Source: an uncultured Candidatus Saccharibacteria bacterium | GTDB taxonomy: Bacteria > Patescibacteriota > Saccharimonadia > Saccharimonadales > Saccharimonadaceae | NCBI GenBank assembly: GCA_937989565.1 | Contig: CALKRM010000028.1 | Coordinates: forward strand, 717 to 64,716 | DNA length: 64,000 nucleotides | Direction of reading: 5' to 3' | Shown: one piece after another, positions 7,885-17,465 of the stretch | How positions within the stretch are numbered: position 1 is the stretch's first letter | Layout of the letters: each line of letters begins with the position of its first letter | Position numbers and translations under genes: made by a program | The notes under the pieces: generated by a model | Told to the model about the DNA's origin: nothing | Databases searched by the model: none | The model's input: only the letters and a program-made list of their open reading frames with translations

Positions 7885-9396
7885 ATGACTAAGAAACACG
7901 CTTACATCACTACCGCTATTCCTTACGTAAACGGCTTGCCGCACATTGGGCATGCTATGGATTATATGTTGGCAGACGTGTGGGCACGTTATTCTAGACA
8001 AAACGGTCGTGAAGTTCGTTTTCAGGCGGGCGTGGATGAGCATGGCAATAAAATTGCTGCTAAAGCCGCCAGTCAAAATCAAACACCTAAAGAATACGTC
8101 GACCAAACGCATATCAATTTTAAGAAGATGATTGCTGAGCTGAATATTTCAGTGACAGATTTTATTCGAACAACTGACGCGCATCACGTTGCTGCGGTGC
8201 AATATATTTGGCAAAAACTCGTTGAGGCTGGTTACATTTACAAAGGCTCGTATGAAGGCTGGTATTGTCAGGGGTGCGAAGCTTTCGTTACGGATAAAGA
8301 AGCTGCCGATAATAATGGGGTTTGTCCAGATCACCAAACTCCGTATCAGCGCTTGAGTGAGGAAAATTATTATTTTAAAACCAGTGCTTTTTCGGACAAT
8401 ATTCGTCAGGCGATTGAGTCAAATAAAATGAGAATCGTGCCTGAATTCCGTAAAAAAGAGTTTTTGGAATTGATGAAAGATGGCTTGAAAGATGTGTCGG
8501 TTTCTCGTCCGCGTAAAAATCTTAGCTGGGGCGTGCCGGTTCCTGGTGATGATAATCAAGTCATGTACGTTTGGCTAGATGCTCTGAGTAATTACATTAC
8601 GGTTATCGGTTATCCTGATCGTCCAGAAGAGTGGCAATCTTTTTGGCCAGCTGACGTACAAGTCATCGGTAAGGACATTCTCCGTTTCCACGCCGGTATT
8701 TGGCCAGCAATGCTCATGGCACTAGATTTACCGCTTCCGAAGATCTTGCTTGTTCATGGATTTATTAATTCTGGCGGAATGAAAATGTCAAAGAGCCTTG
8801 GAAATGGTGTTGGTCCGACTGACATTATTCCAAATTACGGCGCCGAGGCGTTTCGATATTACTTCTTGCGCCACGTACCAACGCAAGATGACGGAGACTT
8901 TACTTGGGAAAAGTTTGAAGCTGCGTATAATGGTGAGCTTGGTAATGATTTGGGCAATTTGGTTCAGCGAGTCGCTAAAATGGTGCAAAGTTATCAAGCT
9001 GGCGTTATTGGCGATGCTCCACAATCAGAACACGATATGGGACCGTATCGTCAGGCGATGGAAAGTTATATGTTTGACCAAGCAATGGACGAAATTTGGC
9101 TAATTGTTCGCTCTCTGAATCAATATATTGAGCGAGTTCAGCCTTGGCAAGTTGCTAAAAATCGTGATAAAGACCCAGAAGCAGAGTCGCATTTGAGCGA
9201 GATCTTGGCGTATGCTTGCGGTACGTTGTTGCAAGTGTCCGACATGTTGCGCCCATTTATGCCGCAAACTGCCGAGAAAATTCACAATATGTTTGCTAGT
9301 GGTGTTGTGTCGTCAGAATTGACACCTTTGTTTCCGCGCAAGTATATTCACACGCCAGATCCACGTGCTCCGAAAACAGAATCTCAGGTTAAATAG
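7885..9396 (+). CDS. metG: methionyl-tRNA synthetase (short form, no C-terminal tRNA-binding domain)
   Basis: 503 aa. HIGH motif (PHIGHAM), KMSKS, class I anticodon-binding helices. Confidence 0.95.
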   Translation: MTKKHAYITTAIPYVNGLPHIGHAMDYMLADVWARYSRQNGREVRFQAGVDEHGNKIAAKAASQNQTPKEYVDQTHINFKKMIAELNISVTDFIRTTDAHHVAAVQYIWQKLVEAGYIYKGSYEGWYCQGCEAFVTDKEAADNNGVCPDHQTPYQRLSEENYYFKTSAFSDNIRQAIESNKMRIVPEFRKKEFLELMKDGLKDVSVSRPRKNLSWGVPVPGDDNQVMYVWLDALSNYITVIGYPDRPEEWQSFWPADVQVIGKDILRFHAGIWPAMLMALDLPLPKILLVHGFINSGGMKMSKSLGNGVGPTDIIPNYGAEAFRYYFLRHVPTQDDGDFTWEKFEAAYNGELGNDLGNLVQRVAKMVQSYQAGVIGDAPQSEHDMGPYRQAMESYMFDQAMDEIWLIVRSLNQYIERVQPWQVAKNRDKDPEAESHLSEILAYACGTLLQVSDMLRPFMPQTAEKIHNMFASGVVSSELTPLFPRKYIHTPDPRAPKTESQVK

Positions 9397-9399
9397 TTT

Positions 9400-10218
9400 A
9401 TGATTGAGTCTGATAAGAAAAGTGCGACTGAGGGTTTAGGTCTGATAGATTCGCATTGTCATTTGCACGATACGGAATTTTTTACGGACAATCGCGAGCA
9501 ATTTTACAAAGAAACGGTCGAGGCGAATATTGGCATGATTTGTGTCGGTACTGACCAGAGAAGTAGCCGCCAAGCTGTGGAATTTGCCGCGAATCATGAG
9601 TCTACTTGGGCGGCAATTGGCGTTCATCCACACGATACGAAAGATGGCTGGGGAGATGTCAAAACTTTACTGGAGAATAAGACGGAAAACTCTCCGATTG
9701 TGGCAATTGGTGAAATTGGGCTTGATTATTATTACAATAACAGTCCGCGGGAAACGCAAATTGAGGGCTTGGAAGCGCAACTTCAAATGGCGATTGATTA
9801 CAATTTGCCGGTAAGTTTTCATGTTCGCGATGGTGCCGCAGGTCAGCCGTCGGTTTGGGATGATTTTTGGCCAATTTTTGACAATTTTCACGGGCTTCGC
9901 GGCGTGCTGCATAGTTTTACCGATACGAGTGATAATTTAGAAAAAGGTTTTTCGCGAAATTTATACGTTGGGCTTAATGGAATTAGTACGTTCACAAAAG
10001 ATCAATTGCAGAAAGAATTGTTCGCTTCAGTTCCGCTGGAGAGATTATTGCTAGAAACTGACGCGCCGTTCTTGACACCAGCGCCGTTTCGTGGTAATAT
10101 AAACAAGCCAGAATATGTGAGATTGGTGGCTGAATATTGGGCGAAGCAGCGAAATATTGATTTTGATGTTTTAAGCCAAGCTACTCTTCACAATACAAAA
10201 GAACTTTTTGGCATTTGA
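9400..10218 (+). CDS. tatD: TatD-family metal-dependent hydrolase/DNase
   Basis: 272 aa. DSHCHL, GEIGLDYYY, SFHVRD, HSFTD, LLETDAPFL. metG-tatD adjacency as in Firmicutes. Confidence 0.9.
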   Translation: MIESDKKSATEGLGLIDSHCHLHDTEFFTDNREQFYKETVEANIGMICVGTDQRSSRQAVEFAANHESTWAAIGVHPHDTKDGWGDVKTLLENKTENSPIVAIGEIGLDYYYNNSPRETQIEGLEAQLQMAIDYNLPVSFHVRDGAAGQPSVWDDFWPIFDNFHGLRGVLHSFTDTSDNLEKGFSRNLYVGLNGISTFTKDQLQKELFASVPLERLLLETDAPFLTPAPFRGNINKPEYVRLVAEYWAKQRNIDFDVLSQATLHNTKELFGI

Positions 10219-10230
10219 AAGTGGAGAATA

Positions 10231-10521
10231 ATGAGTAGTACGCCGAAATGTGTTACAGAAACACTTGAATTAGATGCCACACGCGAAGAACTTGCCGTGA
10301 TTTTTTCTGACGCCAAGAGATACGATGATAATTCTGGGGTAAAGCCTGAATTGGGAAAGACTGCGTTTGACGTAGCGAATATCCCTAATAACGAGGCGGT
10401 TGATTTTTGTAAACAGGTGCTTGGTGAAAAAAAGAAGCCTACCGATCCTGTTGAGTCTGTGAAAGAAATTGGCTATATGTTAACAGATCTTCGAAAAACT
10501 AAAGCTAACGAGGTGCAATAA
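10231..10521 (+). CDS. hypothetical acidic protein
   Basis: 96-aa ORF preceded by GGAGAATA-type SD (aagtggagaataATG). No recognisable motif. Confidence 0.45.
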   Translation: MSSTPKCVTETLELDATREELAVIFSDAKRYDDNSGVKPELGKTAFDVANIPNNEAVDFCKQVLGEKKKPTDPVESVKEIGYMLTDLRKTKANEVQ

Positions 10522-10959
10522 GTGACTAAGTTTTTGAAAAAAGTACGAAGTTTGGTTTTTGCTGATGATAGCGACGCGGTGTCTTTATTGAAATTCCGTA
10601 AAAAAGATCGTCCATTAAAGAAATTTACCGAGCGCGAGCTAATCCAATTGGAAAGTGAAATTGGCGCAACAATTTTTGGCGAGAAGCCGGCGTATGTTGC
10701 GCGACGAGAATTTTTTAATTTAGATAAAGATACTTGGATTTGGTATGAAGAAGTTGCTGACGGTAAGGGTGGTCGGCAAGAATTGACGACGCGTTATGAA
10801 GTGCAACCAAAGGGAATTTTGAAGATTCAACCGAATTATCGCTATAGTTACTTGGAGGGCGACGAGCTTCAGAATTTTGTCTTGGCAACTAAGGAATATT
10901 ACGAGCGAGTTTCTCGGCAATTATATAAGAAAGATCCGCAAACCGGTCGGCCGCTTTGA
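10522..10959 (+). CDS. hypothetical protein
   Basis: 145-aa ORF. Its GTG start directly abuts the TAA of the upstream ORF, suggesting translational coupling. No recognisable motif. Confidence 0.45.
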   Translation: MTKFLKKVRSLVFADDSDAVSLLKFRKKDRPLKKFTERELIQLESEIGATIFGEKPAYVARREFFNLDKDTWIWYEEVADGKGGRQELTTRYEVQPKGILKIQPNYRYSYLEGDELQNFVLATKEYYERVSRQLYKKDPQTGRPL

Positions 10960-10965
10960 TATAAT
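10957..10965 (+). promoter_or_regulatory. extended -10 (TGaTATAAT) 6 nt upstream of a GTG start
   Basis: tTGATATAATaaaaaaGTG; overlaps the TGA stop of the upstream ORF. Confidence 0.55.
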
Positions 10966-10971
10966 AAAAAA

Positions 10972-12129
10972 GTGAATAAAGACTATATCTATCTTGATCA
11001 TGCTGCTGCTACGCCAATGGATCCGTTGGTGATTGAGGCGATGTTGCCATATTTTTCTGAAAAGTTTTTCAATCCGTCTAGTCCGTACGCTCCAGCAATA
11101 TTTACAAAGCGTGAGTATCAAGATGCGAAGGCTCGACTGGCGCGCTGCTTGGGTGTGATGGCTGATGAATTGATAATGACAGCTGGAGCAACTGAGTCTG
11201 TTAATTTGGCGTTCAATGCAGTAAATGGAGTAAGCCTAATTTCGGCAATTGAGCATGACTCGGTGATTAATTCCGCAAAAGCGCGTTCGGAAGTGAAGCT
11301 AATTCCGCCAACGAAAAATGGACGAATAGACCCGAACACGGTTAAAAAAATGTTAACGCCAGATGTTGGATTTGTTAGTGTTGCGCTGGTGAATCATGAG
11401 CTGGGCTACATTCAACCGATTGAAGAAATTGCGGAAATTGTAAAAGCTGAGCGGCTCAGGCGTCAAGAAAATGGCGAATCTTTACCATTGATTTTTCACA
11501 CTGATGCTTCGCAGGCGGCGGCTCTAATTGATGTGAAAATTAAAAGGCTGGGTGTTGATTTATTGACATTATCTGCGGCGAAAGTTTACGGTCCAAAGCA
11601 AGTTGGTTTACTGTGGGTGCGACCTGGCGTTACATTGAAAGCGAATATTTTTGGTGGCGGTCAAGAATTGGGGCTGCGCAGCGGAACTGAAAACGTTGCT
11701 GGCGTGGTTGGGTTCGCGACTGCTTTGGAATTGGCGCAAAAACGACGTTCTGCTGAAGTGAAGCGACTGCGAAAGCTGCGAGAAAATTTGGCAAAAGATT
11801 TGAGGCAGGCTTTTCCTGAGATGTTGATATCATCAGATATGAAAAAAAGTTTGGTGAGTTTTTTGAATATATCATTTTCTGGAATTGACGCTGAAAGATT
11901 GGTGTTTTTATTGGAATCTCGTGGGGTTTTAGTGGCTACGGGGAGTGCTTGCGCGGCTAATTCCGGAACGCGTTCTCATGTACTGGCAAGTATTGGTCTG
12001 AGCGAATCAGAGATTGACGGAAGTCTAAGGCTTACCTTAGGCAAGTTGAACGATGATGAGAATATAAAGCGAGCTGGCGAATTTATCGTTGAGGTTGTGC
12101 AAGCGGAAATGGAGAGGACTCGTCGATGA
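10972..12129 (+). CDS. cysteine desulfurase (class V aminotransferase, NifS/IscS type)
   Basis: 385 aa. LDHAAATP, HTDASQA, PLP lysine in SAAKVYGPKQVG, catalytic Cys in ATGSACAA. Confidence 0.9.
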   Translation: MNKDYIYLDHAAATPMDPLVIEAMLPYFSEKFFNPSSPYAPAIFTKREYQDAKARLARCLGVMADELIMTAGATESVNLAFNAVNGVSLISAIEHDSVINSAKARSEVKLIPPTKNGRIDPNTVKKMLTPDVGFVSVALVNHELGYIQPIEEIAEIVKAERLRRQENGESLPLIFHTDASQAAALIDVKIKRLGVDLLTLSAAKVYGPKQVGLLWVRPGVTLKANIFGGGQELGLRSGTENVAGVVGFATALELAQKRRSAEVKRLRKLRENLAKDLRQAFPEMLISSDMKKSLVSFLNISFSGIDAERLVFLLESRGVLVATGSACAANSGTRSHVLASIGLSESEIDGSLRLTLGKLNDDENIKRAGEFIVEVVQAEMERTRR

Positions 12130-12722
12130 TTCATAAACTAGTTGGCTTGATTATTTTTGCTGCTTTGGTGATTTTTGGACTTAGCGCATATTTGTCGCCG
12201 AATGATTTGGGGAAATGTCAAGGCGTGGGCGAAGGCGATTGCCGTAAGGCTGATGCAATAGTTGTTGTCAGCGGCGGCGATACGAATGCGCGAACTGACG
12301 AGGCTATTAAACTGTATAAAGAAGGCTGGGCGCCGTTGATTGTTGTGTCGGGCGCGGCGGCTGATAAAACTGGCCCGTCCAACGCTAAGGCCATGTATCA
12401 GCGAGCAATTAATAGCGGCGTTCCCGAGAAAGCCATTGTTATGGACGAATCTTCCGAGACGACCAGGCAAAACGCTACTGAGGTGAAGAAAATTGTCGAT
12501 TCGCGAAAAATTGAAGATGTGATTTTGGTGACGAGTGGTTATCATATGCGTCGGGCGCAACTCGAATTTTCAGCACAATTTAACGACGTGAAGATTCGAA
12601 GTCATCCTGTCGCTTCTGATAAAAACTGGAGCTCGTGGTGGTGGTTGACCCCGTGGGGTTGGTGGTTGGCAATGGGTGAATTAATGAGAATTGGGCTATT
12701 CGCTCTGGGGTTGTCCAGATGA
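12126..12722 (+). CDS. DUF218 (YdcF/ElyC/SanA) family membrane-anchored protein
   Basis: 198 aa. N-terminal TM, IVVVSGG, LVTSGYHMRRA. ATGA overlap with the upstream gene. Confidence 0.8.
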   Translation: MIHKLVGLIIFAALVIFGLSAYLSPNDLGKCQGVGEGDCRKADAIVVVSGGDTNARTDEAIKLYKEGWAPLIVVSGAAADKTGPSNAKAMYQRAINSGVPEKAIVMDESSETTRQNATEVKKIVDSRKIEDVILVTSGYHMRRAQLEFSAQFNDVKIRSHPVASDKNWSSWWWLTPWGWWLAMGELMRIGLFALGLSR

Positions 12723-13771
12723 GTAAGAAAGTTTTTGTTGGAATGTCGGGTGGCGTGGATTCCTCTGTGGCTGCGGCGCTTTTGGTAGAGCAGGGCTATG
12801 ACGTAACGGGTGTTTATATGAAAAACTGGTCGGAAGATCTTCCCGGAATGCATTGTCCTTGGGCGGAAGATGTTGCTGACGCCAAGCGTGTGGCGGTTGG
12901 CTTGGGTATTGATTTTCGAGTTTTTGATTTTCAGAAAGAATATAAGCAAAACGTCGTTGATTATATGATTCGTGAATATCAAGCGGGTCGCACGCCAAAT
13001 CCGGATATTATGTGTAATCAAGAAGTGAAGTTTAAGATATTTTTGGAGGCTTCGTTGGCGGCTGGAGCGGATTATATCGCGACAGGGCATTATGCGCGTA
13101 TTGCTCATGAATCGTCTTCGTCAGCCAAATTGTTACGCGCTCGTGATGATAATAAAGACCAAACCTACTTCTTATATCGAGTGACTTCGGAGGCTTTGTC
13201 AAAAACCATATTTCCGTTGGGCGATTTCACGAAAGCTGAAGTTCGCGAAATGGCGAAAGAACGTGGTTTGTGGACGGCTAGTAAAAAGGAGTCGATGGGA
13301 ATTTGTTTTGTTGGGCAAGTTGGAATTCGCGAGTTTTTGTCGGAGTATATTAAAACTGCGCCAGGAAATATCATTGATCAGCAGACGGGATCTGTCGTCG
13401 GTAAACATGACGGCGCAATTTTCTATACGCTCGGTCAACGTCATGGGCTGAATGTTGGTGGCGGATTACCTTATTATGTTGTGGGCAAGGATATGGAGAA
13501 AAATGAGGTTTACGTGTCGCGGTCAATTGATAATGAAAGTTTGTGGCGAAAAGAACTTAGGCTGGCGGATATCCATTGGATTAACCAAGCGCCGCATAAA
13601 GATAAGAAAGTGCAGGTTCGACTGCGTCATCGAGGTGCTTTATTCGACGCGAAAATTGACGGAGATGTTGTACACCTTTCTGCTTCGGAGCGTGCCGTAG
13701 CCGCGGGTCAATCTGCGGTAATATATGACGGCGATGAATGTTTGGGTGGCGGAATCGTGAAAACAGATTGA
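12719..13771 (+). CDS. mnmA: tRNA-specific 2-thiouridylase
   Basis: 350 aa. PP-loop VGMSGGVDSSVAA, NPDIMCN, ATGHYAR. ATGA overlap; sits next to the cysteine desulfurase. Confidence 0.93.
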   Translation: MSKKVFVGMSGGVDSSVAAALLVEQGYDVTGVYMKNWSEDLPGMHCPWAEDVADAKRVAVGLGIDFRVFDFQKEYKQNVVDYMIREYQAGRTPNPDIMCNQEVKFKIFLEASLAAGADYIATGHYARIAHESSSSAKLLRARDDNKDQTYFLYRVTSEALSKTIFPLGDFTKAEVREMAKERGLWTASKKESMGICFVGQVGIREFLSEYIKTAPGNIIDQQTGSVVGKHDGAIFYTLGQRHGLNVGGGLPYYVVGKDMEKNEVYVSRSIDNESLWRKELRLADIHWINQAPHKDKKVQVRLRHRGALFDAKIDGDVVHLSASERAVAAGQSAVIYDGDECLGGGIVKTD

Positions 13772-13847
13772 CGTTATGGGAAAAATAGTGTAAACTGTTC
13801 TAAAGTAAGGAATAATAAAACGTAGAGTTAAAGGAAGAATTAATTTT

Positions 13848-14195
13848 ATGCTAGCAATTCGTTTGCAACGTTTGGGTCGCAAAGGTTATCCAGTATATCG
13901 CTTGGCGGTACAAGAAGCACATCGTCATCCATCAAGCGGTCGTGTAGTCGCTTATGTCGGTAGCTACAACCCACACACTAAAGAATCAAATATCCAAGTT
14001 GAATTGGCTCAGAAATATTTGGACAATGGCGCACAGCCAACACCACGCGTAGTTAAGCTATTGAAAGAAGCTGGTGTTAAGTTGCCAAAGTGGGTTAAGG
14101 AAGTCTCAGCTGACAAGCACAAAGCCATCCGCAATCCAGAAAAACTTCGCAAGAATCAACCAAAAGAAGAGTCAGCTGAAGAAGTAGCTGAATAA
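13848..14195 (+). CDS. rpsP: 30S ribosomal protein S16 with a Lys/Glu-rich C-terminal extension
   Basis: 115 aa. MLAIRLQRLGRKGYPVYRLAV..., SD aaaggaag upstream. Confidence 0.93.
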   Translation: MLAIRLQRLGRKGYPVYRLAVQEAHRHPSSGRVVAYVGSYNPHTKESNIQVELAQKYLDNGAQPTPRVVKLLKEAGVKLPKWVKEVSADKHKAIRNPEKLRKNQPKEESAEEVAE

Positions 14196-14223
14196 TCTGT
14201 TGAGATTGACGATTTGATCTATA

Positions 14224-14253
14224 AACCCCATCTGTAAGGTGGGGTTATTTTAT
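14224..14253 (+). terminator. rho-independent terminator after rpsP
   Basis: Stem aacccca / tggggtt (14224-14230 / 14240-14246) followed by attttat. Confidence 0.7.
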
Positions 14254-14261
14254 GGTATAAT
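14253..14261 (+). promoter_or_regulatory. extended -10 (TGgTATAAT) 7 nt upstream of the alaS ATG
   Basis: aTGGTATAATaatactcATG. Confidence 0.6.
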
Positions 14262-14268
14262 AATACTC

Positions 14269-16152
14269 ATGAATGCTCAAAAAATACGTAGTAAATATCT
14301 TGAATTTTATAAAAAACAAGGTCACGCCGTCGTTGAGCGTGCGCCGTTGATTTTAACTAATGACCCGACGACTTTATTTACAGGCGCCGGAATGCAACCG
14401 ATGATTCCGTATCTACTTGGTGAGGCGCACCCTGAAGGTAAGAGAATTGCCGATTCTCAAACGTGTTTGCGAGCGCAGGACATTGACGACATTGGTGATA
14501 ATCGACATACAACGTTTTTTGAGATGCTTGGAAACTGGAGTTTGGGCGACTATTTTAAGGAAGAGCAAATTGGCTGGATGTGGACATTCTTGACTGAGGA
14601 AATTGGTCTTGATCCGCAGAGATTGTATGTAACGTGTTTTATTGGTGCACCGGAATATAATATTGAGAAAGATGTTGAAGCGGCTAAGTTGTGGCAGAAA
14701 AAATTTGCAGAAAAGGGCATTGATGTAAAAATGGCGGATATCGGCAGTGAAGAGCAGGGCGCGGCGCGTGGTGTAAATCCAGGTGAAAGAATTTTCTTTT
14801 ATGACGGCAGTAAAAACTGGTGGAGTCGTAATGGCGGTCCAGAAACTACTCCGGTTGGTGATCCGTGCGGTCCGGATAGTGAGATGTTTTATGAGTTTGA
14901 TTTCATTGAGCATGATCCAAAATTTGGTGAAAATTGTCATCCGAACTGCGATTGTGGTCGATTTATGGAGATTGGTAATAACGTATTTATGGCGTATAAA
15001 AAAGTTGCTGAGGAGCAATTTAAGCCGCTTGATAAGCCAAATATTGACCATGGATCTGGACTTGAGCGAATTGCGGCTGCAGTAAATAATGATCCTGACG
15101 TCTTTAAGATTAGCTTGCTTTGGCCGATTATTGAAAAGCTGCAAGATCTGAGTGGCAAGGATTACGCTTCACATACCGAAAGTATGCGAGTGATTGCTGA
15201 TCATTTGAGGGCTGCGACGTTTATGGCGGTTGATGGGTGTGTGCCAAGTAATAAAGAGCAGGGCTATGTGATGCGTCGTCTGCTCCGTCGGGCAATTCGT
15301 TATAGTTTTGACTTGGGGATTGAGCAGAATTTCCTGCAAGAAGTTGTGCCGACGATTGCTGATTTGTACGAAGCTGATTTTCCAGAGGTGAAGAATAATC
15401 GCGACAATATAATTGCTGTCCTCGTTAAGGAAGAAAAAGCTTTTCGTCAGACTTTGAGAAAAGGCTTGCGACAAATGCAACGCTACATTGACGATGGCTT
15501 GACTGGTGAAGAATTGTTCACTTTGTACGACACTTTCGGTTTCCCAGTGGAACTCGGTACGGAAGAGGCATATAAACAAGGAATTAAGCTTTCGGACAAT
15601 TGGCGCGAGGAATTTACCGCGAAAATGAATGAGCAGCGACAACGCTCTAAGACGGCTCGCAAGGGGCAATTTAGCGGCGGCTTGGAAGGTCATGACTCTA
15701 TTCATCTGAAATATCACACGGCGACACATTTGTTGGGTGCAGCGTTACGCAAGGTTTTGAATGCGCCAGATTTACAGCAACACGGAAGTAATATTACCGC
15801 CGATCGATTGCGCTTTGATTTTAATCACGATAAATTGACGCCAGAAGAAAAACAGGCGGTCGAAGATCAGGTTAACGCTTGGATTGATGAAGATTTGCCA
15901 GTTAGCTTTGCTGTATATCCGACCGATGAGGCATTGAGCATGGGCGCAATTGGTGCGTTCGGTGAGCGTTACGGCGACGAGGTTAAAGTGTATTCTATTG
16001 GCAAGGATGACAATGTCGTCAGCTTTGAAGTTTGCGGCGGTCCACACGTCGAGCATACTGGAGTTTTGGCTGAAGATGGCAAGCGATTTAAAATCACCAA
16101 AGAAGAATCTAGCTCGGCTGGAATTCGTCGAATCAAGGCTGTTTTAAGATAG
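14269..16152 (+). CDS. alaS: alanyl-tRNA synthetase, minimal form (no C-Ala domain; editing-domain beta-barrel apparently absent)
   Basis: 627 aa from ATG 14269 (track start 14239 lies inside the rpsP terminator). Class II catalytic core, HTATHLL and CGGPHV editing motifs. Ends at ...AGIRRIKAVLR. Confidence 0.9.
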   Translation: MNAQKIRSKYLEFYKKQGHAVVERAPLILTNDPTTLFTGAGMQPMIPYLLGEAHPEGKRIADSQTCLRAQDIDDIGDNRHTTFFEMLGNWSLGDYFKEEQIGWMWTFLTEEIGLDPQRLYVTCFIGAPEYNIEKDVEAAKLWQKKFAEKGIDVKMADIGSEEQGAARGVNPGERIFFYDGSKNWWSRNGGPETTPVGDPCGPDSEMFYEFDFIEHDPKFGENCHPNCDCGRFMEIGNNVFMAYKKVAEEQFKPLDKPNIDHGSGLERIAAAVNNDPDVFKISLLWPIIEKLQDLSGKDYASHTESMRVIADHLRAATFMAVDGCVPSNKEQGYVMRRLLRRAIRYSFDLGIEQNFLQEVVPTIADLYEADFPEVKNNRDNIIAVLVKEEKAFRQTLRKGLRQMQRYIDDGLTGEELFTLYDTFGFPVELGTEEAYKQGIKLSDNWREEFTAKMNEQRQRSKTARKGQFSGGLEGHDSIHLKYHTATHLLGAALRKVLNAPDLQQHGSNITADRLRFDFNHDKLTPEEKQAVEDQVNAWIDEDLPVSFAVYPTDEALSMGAIGAFGERYGDEVKVYSIGKDDNVVSFEVCGGPHVEHTGVLAEDGKRFKITKEESSSAGIRRIKAVLR

Positions 16153-16201
16153 ATAATTAACTGTTGCTCTAAAATCACAAGCGTTATATAATATTTCTTA
16201 T

Positions 16202-17464
16202 ATGGCATTGAAAGACATGTTGAAGAAGTCTGATAAAGATAGTCGAGAACTATTGGTTAGCTTAGATATTGGTACGGAGGTGGTTAAGGCGTTAATCGCT
16301 GAAGTCAAAGACGACGAGCTGAAGATTATTGGCGTTGGTCGAAAACAGCAGGAAATGGGCGATATGCACAGTGGTGCGATTGCTGATATTGCTGGGGTTG
16401 TGGCGAATTGCGAAGAGGCTCTGTCTGAAGCTGAGGATCAAGCTGGCGTTCAGGGTAAGCGGGTTGTTATCGGCATTGCAGGTGAACTAGTCAAAGGTGT
16501 GACTAACACTATTCGTTATCGCAGGCCGCAGCCGAATAAGCCATTAGACATTGCCGAGATGGAATTTATCATCGAGAAAGTTCAGGAGCGAGCTCAAGGA
16601 AAGGCTCAGGCTCAAATTGCGCTGGAAACTGGCAATGAAGATGTTGAGGTGAAGCTGGTTAACTCGGCGTTGGTGAGTATTCATATTGATGGCTATAAAG
16701 TTTCGAACCCGATTAGTTTTCAGGGGCGAGACGTGGCGGTGCAGATTTACACGGCGTTTGCTCCGATGGTTCATATCGGCGCGTTAGAGAAGGTTGCGGA
16801 CGAGCTTGCGCTGGATCTAGTGGCTGTGGCTGCTGAGCCATTTGCGGTGAGTAGGAGCGTTTTGGGATCGGATACAGATAGCAATTTCACGGCGATTCTA
16901 GCGGACATTGGTGGTGGCACGACAGATATTGCAGTTGTTAATGACGGCGGAGTCGAAGGCACGAAGATGTTTGGTATTGGTGGACGAAGTTTCACTAGAA
17001 CTATTGCGGCTGACCTGGATTTAAGCTTCAAAGATGCAGAAAAACTGAAGTTGAATATTGATAATGAGAATTTGAAGCCTAGCGTAAAGAAAAAAGTTGA
17101 CGCGGCGATCGACAAGACCTTGGAAGTTTGGCTATCGGGCGTTGAATTAGCGCTGAGCGATTTTGATAATGTTGACTATTTGCCTAATAGGATTTTACTG
17201 TGTGGTGGCGGATCGAGCCTACAGAAAATTACTGAAGCTCTAAAAACTCGACGCTGGCCAGAGGATTTGCCTTTTACTAAGAAACCTGTGGTTCAATATA
17301 TCAATCCGAGTGATATTACAGGGATAGTCGATGAAACTGGAGATATTAGCGATCACACATTTGTAACTGCAATGGGTTTGTTGCGAGTTGGATATGATAC
17401 AATTATCGGTAGTCAAGACGGTAATAGTTTAGTTGAAAAAGTAAATAGGTTGTTAAAGATTTAA
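16202..17464 (+). CDS. ftsA: actin-like ATPase, FtsA family
   Basis: 420 aa. LDIGTEVVKAL, ADIGGGTTDIAVV, LCGGGSSL phosphate/adenosine motifs, with an inserted subdomain as in FtsA. Confidence 0.72.
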   Translation: MALKDMLKKSDKDSRELLVSLDIGTEVVKALIAEVKDDELKIIGVGRKQQEMGDMHSGAIADIAGVVANCEEALSEAEDQAGVQGKRVVIGIAGELVKGVTNTIRYRRPQPNKPLDIAEMEFIIEKVQERAQGKAQAQIALETGNEDVEVKLVNSALVSIHIDGYKVSNPISFQGRDVAVQIYTAFAPMVHIGALEKVADELALDLVAVAAEPFAVSRSVLGSDTDSNFTAILADIGGGTTDIAVVNDGGVEGTKMFGIGGRSFTRTIAADLDLSFKDAEKLKLNIDNENLKPSVKKKVDAAIDKTLEVWLSGVELALSDFDNVDYLPNRILLCGGGSSLQKITEALKTRRWPEDLPFTKKPVVQYINPSDITGIVDETGDISDHTFVTAMGLLRVGYDTIIGSQDGNSLVEKVNRLLKI

Positions 17465-17465
17465 A

